A stretch of DNA of 64,000 nucleotides from a virus (lineage: Duplodnaviria > Caudoviricetes): IMG/VR virus record IMGVR_UViG_3300033075_001021. One strand, written 5' to 3'. Below the pieces are notes generated by a model. The model was not told the DNA's origin, did no database searches, and saw only the letters and a program-made list of their open reading frames with translations. Shown piece after piece: positions 1 to 9,819 of this stretch (the first letter of the stretch is position 1; the number at the start of each line of letters is the position of its first letter). Made by a program: the position numbers and the translations under genes.

Positions 1-341
1 CAAGTTATAGCATGACCCTCATTTGAAATAAATGGTATTTCGGAATGCAACCTAATAATCCATTCAACATTTGGATGTAACTTATGCAAAATCTCAAATT
101 TTGTTGGAACTACCCATATTGCCTCAATAATTACGTGCGTTGGTTTATACTTGCTTACTTCCCTATCAATGTCATTGTTGTCATTAACTTGAACTAAATG
201 CGATTCAATACCAATCTTATTTAGCATATCATTAACGAATGTTGCACTGTTAAATAAGCCTGAGTGAATTGCTCTTCCATCGTATGGAGTGTCATATAAT
301 TTTTTCTTTTTTAAGATGAATAGCACTTTGTGGTGACGCAT
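1..341 (-). CDS. Partial ORF running off the window start, possibly a glycosyltransferase N-terminus
   Basis: Hand translation MRHHKVLFILKKKK...SGLFNSATFV...HVIIEAIWV...RLHSEIPF, open to position 1; ATATTTAT motif upstream. Confidence 0.5.
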   Translation of the reverse strand, partial: MRHHKVLFILKKKKLYDTPYDGRAIHSGLFNSATFVNDMLNKIGIESHLVQVNDNNDIDREVSKYKPTHVIIEAIWVVPTKFEILHKLHPNVEWIIRLHSEIPFISNEGHAIT

Positions 342-410
342 AGAATCCTTTTCTAATAAATATCATACATTAAATCGATTAACAATTTTCTTTAAAAATA
401 TTTTCAAAAA

Positions 411-434
411 AAAAAGCGCTCAATGAGCGCTTTT
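411..434. terminator. Bidirectional intrinsic terminator
   Basis: AAAAGCGCTC-AAT-GAGCGCTTTT hairpin with A/T tails. Confidence 0.75.
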
Positions 435-435
435 G

Positions 436-1653
436 TTATAAAAAATCTTCTACGTCTGTATCGTACTCCGTTCCATCCTCTTCAATACCCAATTCATTTA
501 ATGCGGAATGATACTCTTCTTGTTGAATATCTTGTTTAACCGTTTCAATAATATTCTTAATTATTCTCTTTCCTTCTTTAGTACCAGCCATGATTTCTTT
601 CATTTGTGCATGAAATTCTCTTGCAGGTAACGCCGCTAATTCGGAATAAACGTGATGCTTTAAGTTAAAGTCATCTGGGTCGATGGCATCTGTAAATCTT
701 TCCCATATAGCTGGACCAATTCTCATATCCCAAGGCTCAGCTGCAACAAAATCTGCTTTATTTGTAACGTATTCGGTTAACTTTTTATCTTTTGGTAAAC
801 CGTGGGCTGATAACAATTCCATAACACCCTTAACAATTTCATGAACCAAAACAGGAAATACCATTGCTTGAGCGTGGATTTTAGCTTTTGGGTTTTTCTT
901 TGACGGGTATTCAACTTCAACCACACCACCAGTTACTGCCTTTCCACCTTCTTCAAGGTTTGGAACCACATAATACATATAATCAGCCGCTGACATCATT
1001 TTATGATATTTGTTTGGAAGTCTTGGGTCCATATTAACCAAGTCTTCATCAACCATATGGAACATATGATTACATTTTTTTGCCGCACCTTGAGTCATAG
1101 CATTTAAAAATCTACGTTTGTAAACTTCTTCGTTAGCCCTTACAAAGTCATCATGTTTTTCAAATTCTATCCCTTCAACCGACATTGGTTTTGGATTCAT
1201 TTTGGCACCCTTTAAACTAATTTTTGGGGTTAGTTCAGCAACTATCTCGACAACATCTTCATCCATGTCAAACTCTTCTCTAATCATTTTAATGGCCAAT
1301 TCTTGAAGTTCTTTGGCGTGTTTAGCTTCTAACTCCATAGTATCATAAACCAATCCCATCATGCCTTTAATTGCTTCTTTTGAATCAATTTTATCTACAT
1401 CAAAAGCCCTTTTATATCTCTTTTGAACTTCATCAAATCTTTTACCCAATATTTTTTGTTCAAAAGTATATTCATCATCTTCAGGAAATGCTGGATGGTT
1501 ACCTAAAGAGTGTTTCCTCATTGCCAAATCTTGCTCTAATTTTGGGTGCATCCTTTCGGTTACACCTTCTGGATAGACGATAGACTCATTTAAAAGCTTT
1601 TTTGTTGTAGCTTTTATTAATGCCATTTCAGCTAATTTTTTAAAGTCTGTCAT
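436..1653 (-). CDS. Hypothetical protein, probable virion/head-associated
   Basis: 405 aa ORF in a tightly coupled operon; N-terminal KKLLNE motif. Confidence 0.6.
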   Translation of the reverse strand: MTDFKKLAEMALIKATTKKLLNESIVYPEGVTERMHPKLEQDLAMRKHSLGNHPAFPEDDEYTFEQKILGKRFDEVQKRYKRAFDVDKIDSKEAIKGMMGLVYDTMELEAKHAKELQELAIKMIREEFDMDEDVVEIVAELTPKISLKGAKMNPKPMSVEGIEFEKHDDFVRANEEVYKRRFLNAMTQGAAKKCNHMFHMVDEDLVNMDPRLPNKYHKMMSAADYMYYVVPNLEEGGKAVTGGVVEVEYPSKKNPKAKIHAQAMVFPVLVHEIVKGVMELLSAHGLPKDKKLTEYVTNKADFVAAEPWDMRIGPAIWERFTDAIDPDDFNLKHHVYSELAALPAREFHAQMKEIMAGTKEGKRIIKNIIETVKQDIQQEEYHSALNELGIEEDGTEYDTDVEDFL

Positions 1654-1654
1654 A

Positions 1655-2710
1655 TTATTTTAAATCTTTTACTTTTATTATTCTTCTCTCAGTAACTGTT
1701 TGTTGACCAGTTGCTGGGTTTTGTGTTGGCTTAGCTTCTTGTGCCAAACCCTTAATACCATTTATTAATTGAGATAAACGACTTGCTGAAACACCAACTT
1801 CTTTACCAAAAGCAATAATCATTTGTTCTTGTGCTACTGGATTTTGTTGTATCCTACCAATTATTGATGGAGTTAATTTTGTTTTAACTAAATCCATTGC
1901 TTTTTGTACACTGGTCATGACATTAGCTGGAACAACTTCTTGCTCATCTGTTGTTTCTTTCATTTTACGTTTTCCAAATAAAGCAGAATCAATATATTTT
2001 TTAAACTCTTTAATCCCCATATAAGTCTCTTCTTCTGTCATTTGTGCTTTAGCTAACTCTTGAATGGTTTTGAATTTTCTAACCTTCCCCGCTTTTTCAT
2101 TAACAATAAAATGTTTAAACCCTTCAAAACTTGGGTTTTTACTATCCTTTTTAGTTTCTTTTGTCTTTTTTTCTTCAGGTATAGGATTTAATGTTGCAGC
2201 CTCTGGGCCTTCAGGCTCTTGAACACCTAATTCATTAATTGCTGATTTTGCAATGTTTTCAAATTCCTTAACATCATAGATTTTACAATTACCTGACTCA
2301 TCTTGTTCGTCAAATGCATAAACACCCATTGTAACTTTTCTATCTGGGCCCATGGCTCTAACCATTTGATAATTCTTACCATTGATTGTAAATGGTTTTG
2401 AATTCTCACCAGTACTTTCATCAACAACCTCAGATACATATTCTAATTTGATTGGTGATGTGTTACCCTCATCACCTTCATTAGTGACAACAACATCAAC
2501 TTCTTTATCTTTTAGGCTATCTAACGTTTTTTTAAGATTTTGTGGGTTGGTGTAAACACGTGCGTTTTTCTTAAATCCAGACGTAGATTTAGAACCTGTA
2601 CTTGAAGTAGAGGTAGATTTTGATGTAGAACTCCCTGCATTATCACTAGTTTGATAACTTTGAATACCGACATCTAATGCACCTTCTTGTATTTTAGTTT
2701 TGTTTTTCAT
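1655..2710 (-). CDS. Hypothetical protein, probable virion-associated
   Basis: 351 aa, overlaps its neighbours, low-complexity linkers. Confidence 0.6.
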   Translation of the reverse strand: MKNKTKIQEGALDVGIQSYQTSDNAGSSTSKSTSTSSTGSKSTSGFKKNARVYTNPQNLKKTLDSLKDKEVDVVVTNEGDEGNTSPIKLEYVSEVVDESTGENSKPFTINGKNYQMVRAMGPDRKVTMGVYAFDEQDESGNCKIYDVKEFENIAKSAINELGVQEPEGPEAATLNPIPEEKKTKETKKDSKNPSFEGFKHFIVNEKAGKVRKFKTIQELAKAQMTEEETYMGIKEFKKYIDSALFGKRKMKETTDEQEVVPANVMTSVQKAMDLVKTKLTPSIIGRIQQNPVAQEQMIIAFGKEVGVSASRLSQLINGIKGLAQEAKPTQNPATGQQTVTERRIIKVKDLK

Positions 2711-3107
2711 AGTCTTTTGTATTACATACGAATGTTAGGTCTTTTTCATAAAGCTTAGCTTCAACCTCTTCGAGAGTTTCGCCAAATTTAAAACATAACC
2801 TATAATCTGGATAAGAATCATAAGCGTTAATGTTTTCCCATGCAAGGGCAATCACCCCGTCAATCGCATCCCAAACAGCAAACGTATCGCTATTTTGAAC
2901 AACATCTAATCTAAGCTCTGATTCCAATTTTCCCACGTGTTTTATAAAATTTTCGTGTGGGGGTTCGGGTCTACCAGAAGCTGGGAATGTATCCCAATCT
3001 TCACCATCAATATTTTTAGTTGAATCAGAAAAAAGAAATTCATAAATATAATTCCCCTTGTAATCTTTTCCAACTTGATTTACGTATATTAAATATAGGT
3101 TTTTCAT
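2694..3107 (-). CDS. Hypothetical protein
   Basis: 137 aa, translationally coupled. Confidence 0.65.
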   Translation of the reverse strand: MKNLYLIYVNQVGKDYKGNYIYEFLFSDSTKNIDGEDWDTFPASGRPEPPHENFIKHVGKLESELRLDVVQNSDTFAVWDAIDGVIALAWENINAYDSYPDYRLCFKFGETLEEVEAKLYEKDLTFVCNTKDYEKQN

Positions 3108-4150
3108 TATCCGATATACATATTTAATTCATAAGTACCGCTGTCCATTCTATAAATTTGAGCGTTAATCATTTTTTTTGTTGGTGCACCATTTATTGTT
3201 AACGGCATTCTAATTCTTTTTGTCTCTCCGTATGCTACATGTTGCACGTCAAACATCCCAAACTCAATTGGGTCGTAACCCCTAGCCATCGCATATTTTT
3301 CAATCTGAGATATTGCAGAATTTAATGTTTTATGATAAATTTCATAATCTTTCATTCCTTCACTTACCCCTTTTGGTTGTGTTTTTATACCAGGTGTTAC
3401 ATTTGGTAAAAATGGCTTATTTTTTCTTGATGGTTTTGGTTCTGGTGTGGTCGCAGGTTTTGTTGCTGGTTTAACCTCAGGTTTTGTCGTTGGTTGTGTC
3501 ATATCTTCGTTTTGTACAAAGATACGATTATTTTCGAACATATTCAAGTTTTCGGCAACCATTTTAGAAACTGGTTTTTTAGACCACATTTTGCAAGACC
3601 AATATTTAGGTGTTGTCCTGTCTTTAGCCTGTGAACATTTATGTCTAGCCCTAAATGACTTTCTTCTTTCTGGATTATCACGTTTGATTTCCATATTTGG
3701 GTCGCCAAAGTTAACCTTTACTACCTTACCTTTTTTATTTTTAACAAAGACCTTAAACTTTTTTACGTCCCCTTTCATTGGTTTACCCAACTTTACCGTT
3801 TTGCCTTTGTATTCGGCCTCATTCATCATCTCTACACCATCTTCGACACTACCATATTCGTCTTCATATCCAGCCTCAGTTTCACCATCAAAAGAATCCA
3901 TTTCGTCCTCGCCAATAGTAGCGTTTAAAAAATGATAAACCTCTTCAATATCATCAGCTGCGGTTGCCATGTGGTCAGTGGCCCAATTGTGACCATCGGT
4001 TAAGATTTCATCTACTTTAGATGGGTCCATTTCTAACAAATGACCAATAGCTTCATGAATTGTTTTAAGATTATTGAAAAACATATAGTTTTTCATCTCA
4101 GGTTGACCTTCAACCATTTCGTGTAATTTTTTTGCTATTAAACCTTTCAT
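3107..4150 (-). CDS. Mosaic hypothetical protein with a basic KVNFGD...RRKSFRARHKC...YWSC module (DUF6321-like)
   Basis: Motif recurrent in large-phage proteins; modules separated by xxE sites. Confidence 0.55.
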   Translation of the reverse strand: MKGLIAKKLHEMVEGQPEMKNYMFFNNLKTIHEAIGHLLEMDPSKVDEILTDGHNWATDHMATAADDIEEVYHFLNATIGEDEMDSFDGETEAGYEDEYGSVEDGVEMMNEAEYKGKTVKLGKPMKGDVKKFKVFVKNKKGKVVKVNFGDPNMEIKRDNPERRKSFRARHKCSQAKDRTTPKYWSCKMWSKKPVSKMVAENLNMFENNRIFVQNEDMTQPTTKPEVKPATKPATTPEPKPSRKNKPFLPNVTPGIKTQPKGVSEGMKDYEIYHKTLNSAISQIEKYAMARGYDPIEFGMFDVQHVAYGETKRIRMPLTINGAPTKKMINAQIYRMDSGTYELNMYIG

Positions 4151-4151
4151 A

Positions 4152-5182
4152 TTATTTCTTAAGTTTATTAATCAATTTATTTTGTAACTTTAAAAAGTTT
4201 TCATCAATTGGAACACAATTAGGTACTTCTTTACCATTTTTGGTCTTCATCCCCACTTGTTTATAACCTTTCCAACATGGCTTCATTTCATCAAGAATAT
4301 CATTTGAACCTTCTTGAAACATATTGTTTTTTGGTGGATTTTGCAACATAAAATCAGCCTCACTAACATTTAGTTTCTGGCCAGCATTATTTATTCCAGC
4401 CTTTACTTGGTCTAAAAGTTCTAGTCCTTTAATGCATTTTTCATTATCGTCTTCCCATTCAGTTTCAATTATATTGGCAAATTCTTCTGGTGAAACCTCT
4501 TCTTCATATGCAAACCATCTAGATAAAATGTTTTTATCAAGCTCATCACCATTATTAAATCTATCAATAAGCGCTTGTTGTGGATTATGAACCGATACAC
4601 CCTCAAATAAATTATCAAGGTCATCACCAGTTTCTTCAGGTGCTTGGTCTTGAGCATCATCAGGTGCAGCCTCAGGTGTTTCATCTGGAGCATCGGTTGG
4701 TTCTTCGGTATCAGAAGTCATTTCAGCATCTTCATCCCCTCTACCTGAACTCTTAACTTTTTTAATAATATCTTTTTGGTCTTCTGGGTTCATTTCAGCC
4801 GTATGTGTTGCTGATAACAAAGAATTAATCGCAAACTTTTCCAATTCAAAGTCTGGTCCACCTTGTTCATCTTCGTATTTTCTTAAAGATTGACCTAATT
4901 TACCAGTAAGTTGTTCAATGTATTTTTTTGGGTCGGAATCTTCATCCGCTTCAACACCAGCATCAAAAGGCTCATCATCAAATGGTTTATCATTTGATTG
5001 AGCTTGTTCTGGATTAGCATCGGCACCACCTTCGGCACCAAATAAATTATCTGTAGAATTATCAGCACCGTTCATTTGTGCTGCGTCAGGAGTAGGAGTA
5101 TCAGCTGGGGCTGGGGCTGTTTTGGCCCCAAGCTTCAACTTAAATTTTGTATCTTCGCTTATTTCAGCGTATAGACTTTTTT
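4152..5182 (-). CDS. Acidic protein, probably the -1 frameshift extension of 5159..5953
   Basis: Frame opens exactly at the A9 run (5177-5185); nearest start codon is only a TTG at 5138; contains PCWKGYKQVGMK...VPNCVP module. Confidence 0.6.
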
Positions 5183-5953
5183 TTTACGCGGAGCGGTAAT
5201 GTAATCGATGATTCCATCCATTTCATTAATTGCTCTTTCTATTGACAGTTTTGGTTCAACTGGCTTTGCTTCAACAGCTTTTCTTTCGAACATCATGTCA
5301 TCAATAGCTTGCATTTCTGGATTTAAATCTTCTTCTTCAAACTGAGCGCCAGCACGTACAGCTGCTAAATCAGCAGCATCAATTGCATTAGGGTCACCAG
5401 CTAAAGCAGCCATATCTTGCTGTCTTCCAGTTAACTCATCCATTATAGCTTCATTTTTTTCGAATGTTTCTGGGTTACGGTCTTGTTTATTAGCAGTTGC
5501 ATAATAAACTTCTTTTCCTTTTTCAGGACCGTATTGAGCAATAAAGTTAGCCATGGCTTCTTTATCAAATTCATTCATTTCATAGCAATCACTTTCAAAT
5601 ACATTGATTTGACCAGATTTACCGTATGCTTCATTAAGGCTGTTAAACTTAAGGTTTAAGTGCTTAATTGCTTTAGCATAAGTTGGATATGCTTCTTGTT
5701 TCTTGTTTTTTAAACCACCAATGTAGGAGAAATCTTCAGCGACAAGCTTACCCTCTCTTTTTGTGGCGACTTTAATGTAGTATTCATGGTTTTCTCTAAC
5801 GACACCATAAACATTACCGTCTGGGCCCATCTTGGTTAATTCAACAGAAGAGCGAGTCAAACTTTCATTAATAGGTGTAATCCCCATTAATTCTTTCATA
5901 CGCTCATTTATTTCATTACCTTTAAGGCCAACTGGGCTTATTCTTTCTTTCAT
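5159..5953 (-). CDS. Hypothetical virion-type protein ending just after a slippery site
   Basis: 264 aa, ATATTTAT motif upstream, ends PRKKKVYTLK. Confidence 0.7.
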   Translation of the reverse strand: MKERISPVGLKGNEINERMKELMGITPINESLTRSSVELTKMGPDGNVYGVVRENHEYYIKVATKREGKLVAEDFSYIGGLKNKKQEAYPTYAKAIKHLNLKFNSLNEAYGKSGQINVFESDCYEMNEFDKEAMANFIAQYGPEKGKEVYYATANKQDRNPETFEKNEAIMDELTGRQQDMAALAGDPNAIDAADLAAVRAGAQFEEEDLNPEMQAIDDMMFERKAVEAKPVEPKLSIERAINEMDGIIDYITAPRKKKVYTLK

Positions 5954-5985
5954 AAATCTTTGATTTTATAATAAATATCTTAATT

Positions 5986-6228
5986 TTACACAAAAATTGG
6001 TCCTTCTTGTCGATTATTAATCGTTTCACCCAACAAATAAACATTTGCTGTTGCACTAATACTTGTCACTTTTATTTTTATTGATGAACCTGCCCCCATG
6101 GTAACACTAACCCCATTGATTGTTGGTGTAGCAGCCGCACCAGCATACACCTCAGTGTATGTATGTGCGCTGAAGTTTGCAGCACTTGCTGCAACTATAA
6201 TTGAATGTATGTCATTTAATAAAGGCAT
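5986..6228 (-). CDS. Small beta-rich hypothetical protein, possibly structural
   Basis: 80 aa, Ala/Thr/Ser-rich, ATATTTAT motif upstream. Confidence 0.55.
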   Translation of the reverse strand: MPLLNDIHSIIVAASAANFSAHTYTEVYAGAAATPTINGVSVTMGAGSSIKIKVTSISATANVYLLGETINNRQEGPIFV

Positions 6229-6262
6229 AAGATGATTTTATATATAAATATCAAAACAAACG

Positions 6263-6290
6263 AAAAAAGCACCGAAATTCGGTGCTTTTT
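6263..6290. terminator. Intrinsic terminator
   Basis: AAAAAGCACCGAA-A-TTCGGTGCTTTTT hairpin. Confidence 0.75.
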
Positions 6291-6309
6291 CATTTTTAAT
6301 TCTTATGGA

Positions 6310-7023
6310 TTAGGCAACTACGTACTTAACCCCGTTTACAACTAACCAGTTGATTTCGTTGATGTTTACCTTTCTAAGGTTTGAACCTTTTCCATCGTCT
6401 TCGATATCCATGTCAATAACATCGTAGAAACCATTTGCTGATGAGAATTGAACTTTATACCCCCTTAAAACCCTTTCTTCACCTTTTTCAACTGAAAAAA
6501 TTGGGTTCTCTTGGATTTGTTTGAATGCTTCCTCAAGTGTTACCTTACCAGAACTAATGTTAGATAATGCGTCTTGGATTTGCTTATCCTTTGCTGCGTT
6601 ATACGCTTTCTTAGTCAATTCCTTACCCTTTTTGTTAAAGCATACAGATAACACTTGTGTTGAGTGAATGTCTGTCCAAAGGCTTCTAATGCCTTTTAAT
6701 TTGACATCTCCTTCTCTAACGGTTGAATCGGCTTCAAGCTGTCCTTTCTTCTTAGCCTCATCGATTTGTTTTTGTGTCCAGTGCTTATCTTCAACACCAA
6801 CTTCAACTTCTTCAGTGTATTGGTCGGCTGTTTGTAATAATTCGGCAACATACCTGTCATCCAAATTTACCTTCTGGCCAGATTCAAGGTGTTTGAATTG
6901 ACGTTTACCGTTTTCTTGGCCTAAATAGACGTAATGGCTTTCTTCGCTAAATACGTCACCCACTTCAACCTCATTAAGGTTAATTGGTTTTCTTGTTACT
7001 TCTGTTTGTGTTTGTGTACTCAT
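6310..7023 (-). CDS. Hypothetical protein
   Basis: 237 aa ORF followed by a terminator. Confidence 0.7.
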   Translation of the reverse strand: MSTQTQTEVTRKPINLNEVEVGDVFSEESHYVYLGQENGKRQFKHLESGQKVNLDDRYVAELLQTADQYTEEVEVGVEDKHWTQKQIDEAKKKGQLEADSTVREGDVKLKGIRSLWTDIHSTQVLSVCFNKKGKELTKKAYNAAKDKQIQDALSNISSGKVTLEEAFKQIQENPIFSVEKGEERVLRGYKVQFSSANGFYDVIDMDIEDDGKGSNLRKVNINEINWLVVNGVKYVVA

Positions 7024-7034
7024 ATAAATTGTGT

Positions 7035-7250
7035 TTATTTTATTTTTTCACCGCACCTTAAAGGTGTTCCGTCTGAATTAAAAACTTGCATTGTCATCCC
7101 TCTTTTGAATTTGTAAACAAACCCGTTTTCACATTCGATTTTATAATCAAAATGCATCCCGACTTCATACGGGTCTTTTTTACTTTCAAAGTATAACCCT
7201 ATTGAAAAGGCTATAATTACAAAAAGCACCAGCAATAAAAATTCTTTCAT
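7035..7250 (-). CDS. Small membrane-anchored protein
   Basis: N-terminal hydrophobic helix. Confidence 0.6.
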   Translation of the reverse strand: MKEFLLLVLFVIIAFSIGLYFESKKDPYEVGMHFDYKIECENGFVYKFKRGMTMQVFNSDGTPLRCGEKIK

Positions 7251-7462
7251 ATCTCTGTGTTTTTAGTTTATATTAATATACTAAGAGATGCGGGAAAAGT
7301 CAATAGAATTATGTGATTTTTTAAGCTCTTTTAACCCTCCGTTTTCCTTTATAATTCGATGTAAAAAGATTACTCTTTTTCTCCAATATGTTTTTTCTAG
7401 TATGTTTGATTTTTCTAACTTATATTTTGCCTTATGGTATTCTAATATGTACCGATTCATTA

Positions 7463-7684
7463 TTATATTTTTTTTATCTTTTCAATTGTACCGTCTTTCC
7501 AATGTTTTACAAGCCACCCATCTTTATCCATGTAAACCTTAGGTAACCCCTGTCCCCATGTATCGGCTTCTATTTGTTTTCTAAATCCCTCTTTAAATTC
7601 TGGAGAATTAAATAACTCCGACACCAAATCATTATCCTCAATCTCATCCAAAGATTTACAATCTTTTAATTTTTTCTTTTTCAT
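7463..7684 (-). CDS. Hypothetical protein
   Basis: 73 aa ORF. Confidence 0.55.
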   Translation of the reverse strand: MKKKKLKDCKSLDEIEDNDLVSELFNSPEFKEGFRKQIEADTWGQGLPKVYMDKDGWLVKHWKDGTIEKIKKI

Positions 7685-7688
7685 GTTT

Positions 7689-8063
7689 TTAATTTGAAAG
7701 TGGCGCTTTGATTGCTGGTTGTGATTGATAACATATCGTAATAATTAACCCTCTACTAACATTAAGTTCTCTTGCAACGGATGCCGACGTTAATTTTAAT
7801 TTACTTACTAACATTTTATCAACTATTAAATCAGAATTTTTTTCTCTATATCTATATAACATCCATTGTAATTCAAAAAATATAGAACCCCAATTAATGG
7901 TACCATCGTTGTTAATAGGTGTTCTTAATTTTAATGTTTTTCCAATAAACTCTTCGGAAATTCTTATGTCAGGGATTGCTTGTGAAAAATAAACAAAGTC
8001 ATCATTAATTTTCTTACAATAATCCCTATCCTCGGTTTCAGTAAATTGATTAATATCTATCAT
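7689..8063 (-). CDS. Hypothetical protein ending in a duplicate of the ThyA C-terminus
   Basis: Ends YQSQPAIKAPLSN versus ThyA YQSHPPIKAPLSN. Confidence 0.55.
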   Translation of the reverse strand: MIDINQFTETEDRDYCKKINDDFVYFSQAIPDIRISEEFIGKTLKLRTPINNDGTINWGSIFFELQWMLYRYREKNSDLIVDKMLVSKLKLTSASVARELNVSRGLIITICYQSQPAIKAPLSN

Positions 8064-8067
8064 TTAT

Positions 8068-8802
8068 TTAATTTGAAAGTGGCGCTTTAATTGGTGGGTG
8101 GGATTGATAGTTTTCTAATTGAAAATCAAACACGTTATAACAAGATATATCAGTTGGTAAAATATCTTTACATGGATTATGCAATATGTTTAATGTGGGT
8201 AACTCAAGAGATACTCTAGTAATCTGCTCCTTAGCCTGCTCAATATGATTTGAATACAAATGCACATCACCTAAACTACCAATTAGTTCATCTGGAATCA
8301 TATTCACTTCCTTAGCAATAATCTCTAACAACAAACCATAACTTGCTATATTGAAAGGTAAACCAAGAAATGTATCTACTGAGCGTTGGTTCCACATTAG
8401 AGAGATTGCTCTGGTTGGAATGTTATCATCATTTAATGATTTTTTCAATGAGTCCATTTCATCACTGTATCCTCCAAATGTAGAATAAAATTGTTCCCAA
8501 TCATTTCTAAAGTTCCCTCTCTTACAACGTATTTCATATCTTTCCCATAATTTCAATTCTCTTGTATAAACTTGAAATCCATAATGACAGGGTGGGAGAA
8601 CCATTTGGTCTATTTCACCTACATTCCAAGCATTAACCATTAACCTACGGCTATCTGGATTTGTTTTGAGTTCGGAGATTAAGTTTGCTATTTGGTCAAT
8701 ACCTTTATTACCGAACTCATTATTAAATTCTTTGTCTGTTTTCAATTTTTGTAAAAACTCTTCTTTTGTAAATGGGGTTCCGTCTTCGTGTTTATATTTC
8801 AT
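8068..8802 (-). CDS. thyA: Thymidylate synthase, C-terminal (catalytic) fragment
   Basis: IDQI, DSRRL, LPPCH, QRSVD, LGLPFN, GDVHLYSNH motifs. Confidence 0.93.
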   Translation of the reverse strand: MKYKHEDGTPFTKEEFLQKLKTDKEFNNEFGNKGIDQIANLISELKTNPDSRRLMVNAWNVGEIDQMVLPPCHYGFQVYTRELKLWERYEIRCKRGNFRNDWEQFYSTFGGYSDEMDSLKKSLNDDNIPTRAISLMWNQRSVDTFLGLPFNIASYGLLLEIIAKEVNMIPDELIGSLGDVHLYSNHIEQAKEQITRVSLELPTLNILHNPCKDILPTDISCYNVFDFQLENYQSHPPIKAPLSN

Positions 8803-9074
8803 AACTTTATTTTTCTTTCTAATGTTGCTGGTTTTCCAGAAATGATTAAGTTCTTTTTTATACCCTCAAAAATTGTAATATCATCATAAGGACTTATAAT
8901 ATATATTATTTCAGTTTTATCTTTATTTAATCCCACAGTTAAAGTCTGGTAAGGATGATATGAGTCATAAAATATATCAACTCCGTCAACTACACCTAAT
9001 TTAACAATACCTTCCCATTTCTTGTCGGGTTTAATAAATTCTGGCCCATTACAATCATACTTACTGTCTATCAT
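8799..9074 (-). CDS. Hypothetical protein inserted between the thyA halves
   Basis: 91 aa; its stop overlaps the thyA-C start (ATGA). Confidence 0.6.
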   Translation of the reverse strand: MIDSKYDCNGPEFIKPDKKWEGIVKLGVVDGVDIFYDSYHPYQTLTVGLNKDKTEIIYIISPYDDITIFEGIKKNLIISGKPATLERKIKL

Positions 9075-9078
9075 ATAC

Positions 9079-9780
9079 TCAATTTATATAAAACCAATTT
9101 TTATATTTTTCTTTATGTTTCTCTGACCGACCCCTACCTTGTAATATCCATCTAACAGAAAATTCATTCATATTAATAAAGTCCGCAGCCGCTTTAGCGG
9201 ATTCAAATTCAACACCATCTATTGAACATCTCTTGTTTGATGTTGAAGGTAGTTTTTTTCCTTCATATTTTTTTAACTTATCGGTGTTTGCTTTATTTGA
9301 TATATTTGAACCATTAAATCTACCTTTTAACCATCCCCCCTCAACAATTTTCGGGTCATTGGGGAATGCTCGTAGATTTGTTCCGTCAGGTTTATGATAC
9401 CATTTAGAACCCTTTATCTTTTCTCTACTAGCGTTTATCTGTGATTCCGATGGTTTGAACTTTTGCCATATTTCTAACATTTTATGTTTAGCATATTCAT
9501 ATACCCTTGAAGATGGTTTATATCTTTGTTGATTATCTGAATTACGGCACATTGACCAAAAGGCGTACCTTAAATCACTATTTTCTGGATACATTTCATG
9601 TAATAACCAATGAATTAAAAAATGTTCTCTCGCAGTTAAATCCACTAAATTATTTGGTTTATTAGTTCCATTCATACATTTTGGTATAATGTGATGTTTT
9701 TCAACATATCCTTCTAACTTTCTGTTTTTTGCTCTCTCAATAAGGTCGTCGTGTATTTTTTTGTAGTCCATAATTACCAT
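9079..9780 (-). CDS. HNH homing endonuclease
   Basis: EKHHIIPKCMNG...NLVDLTAREHFLIHWLL; C-terminal IDGVEFESAKAAA DNA-binding helix. Confidence 0.85.
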   Translation of the reverse strand: MVIMDYKKIHDDLIERAKNRKLEGYVEKHHIIPKCMNGTNKPNNLVDLTAREHFLIHWLLHEMYPENSDLRYAFWSMCRNSDNQQRYKPSSRVYEYAKHKMLEIWQKFKPSESQINASREKIKGSKWYHKPDGTNLRAFPNDPKIVEGGWLKGRFNGSNISNKANTDKLKKYEGKKLPSTSNKRCSIDGVEFESAKAAADFINMNEFSVRWILQGRGRSEKHKEKYKNWFYIN

Positions 9781-9819
9781 TGTTTACTATACATAAATAT
9801 GGTAATAAATGGAAAAATA

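Noticed and set aside
5965-6255. T4-type late promoter TATAAATA on the + strand
   Set aside because: The motif tracks gene starts in the opposite orientation (ATATTTAT in the coding sense) on both strands, so it is not used as in T4.
7282-7457. Start-less open frame IGTLEYHKAKYKLEKS... as another displaced 3' end
   Set aside because: No matching host gene was found in the window; it may be a decayed ORF.
8803-9819. Group I intron or intein in thyA
   Set aside because: The insert is almost fully occupied by two ORFs, with gaps of 40 nt or less, so there is no room for a catalytic core; in-frame stops exclude an intein. RT-PCR would settle it.
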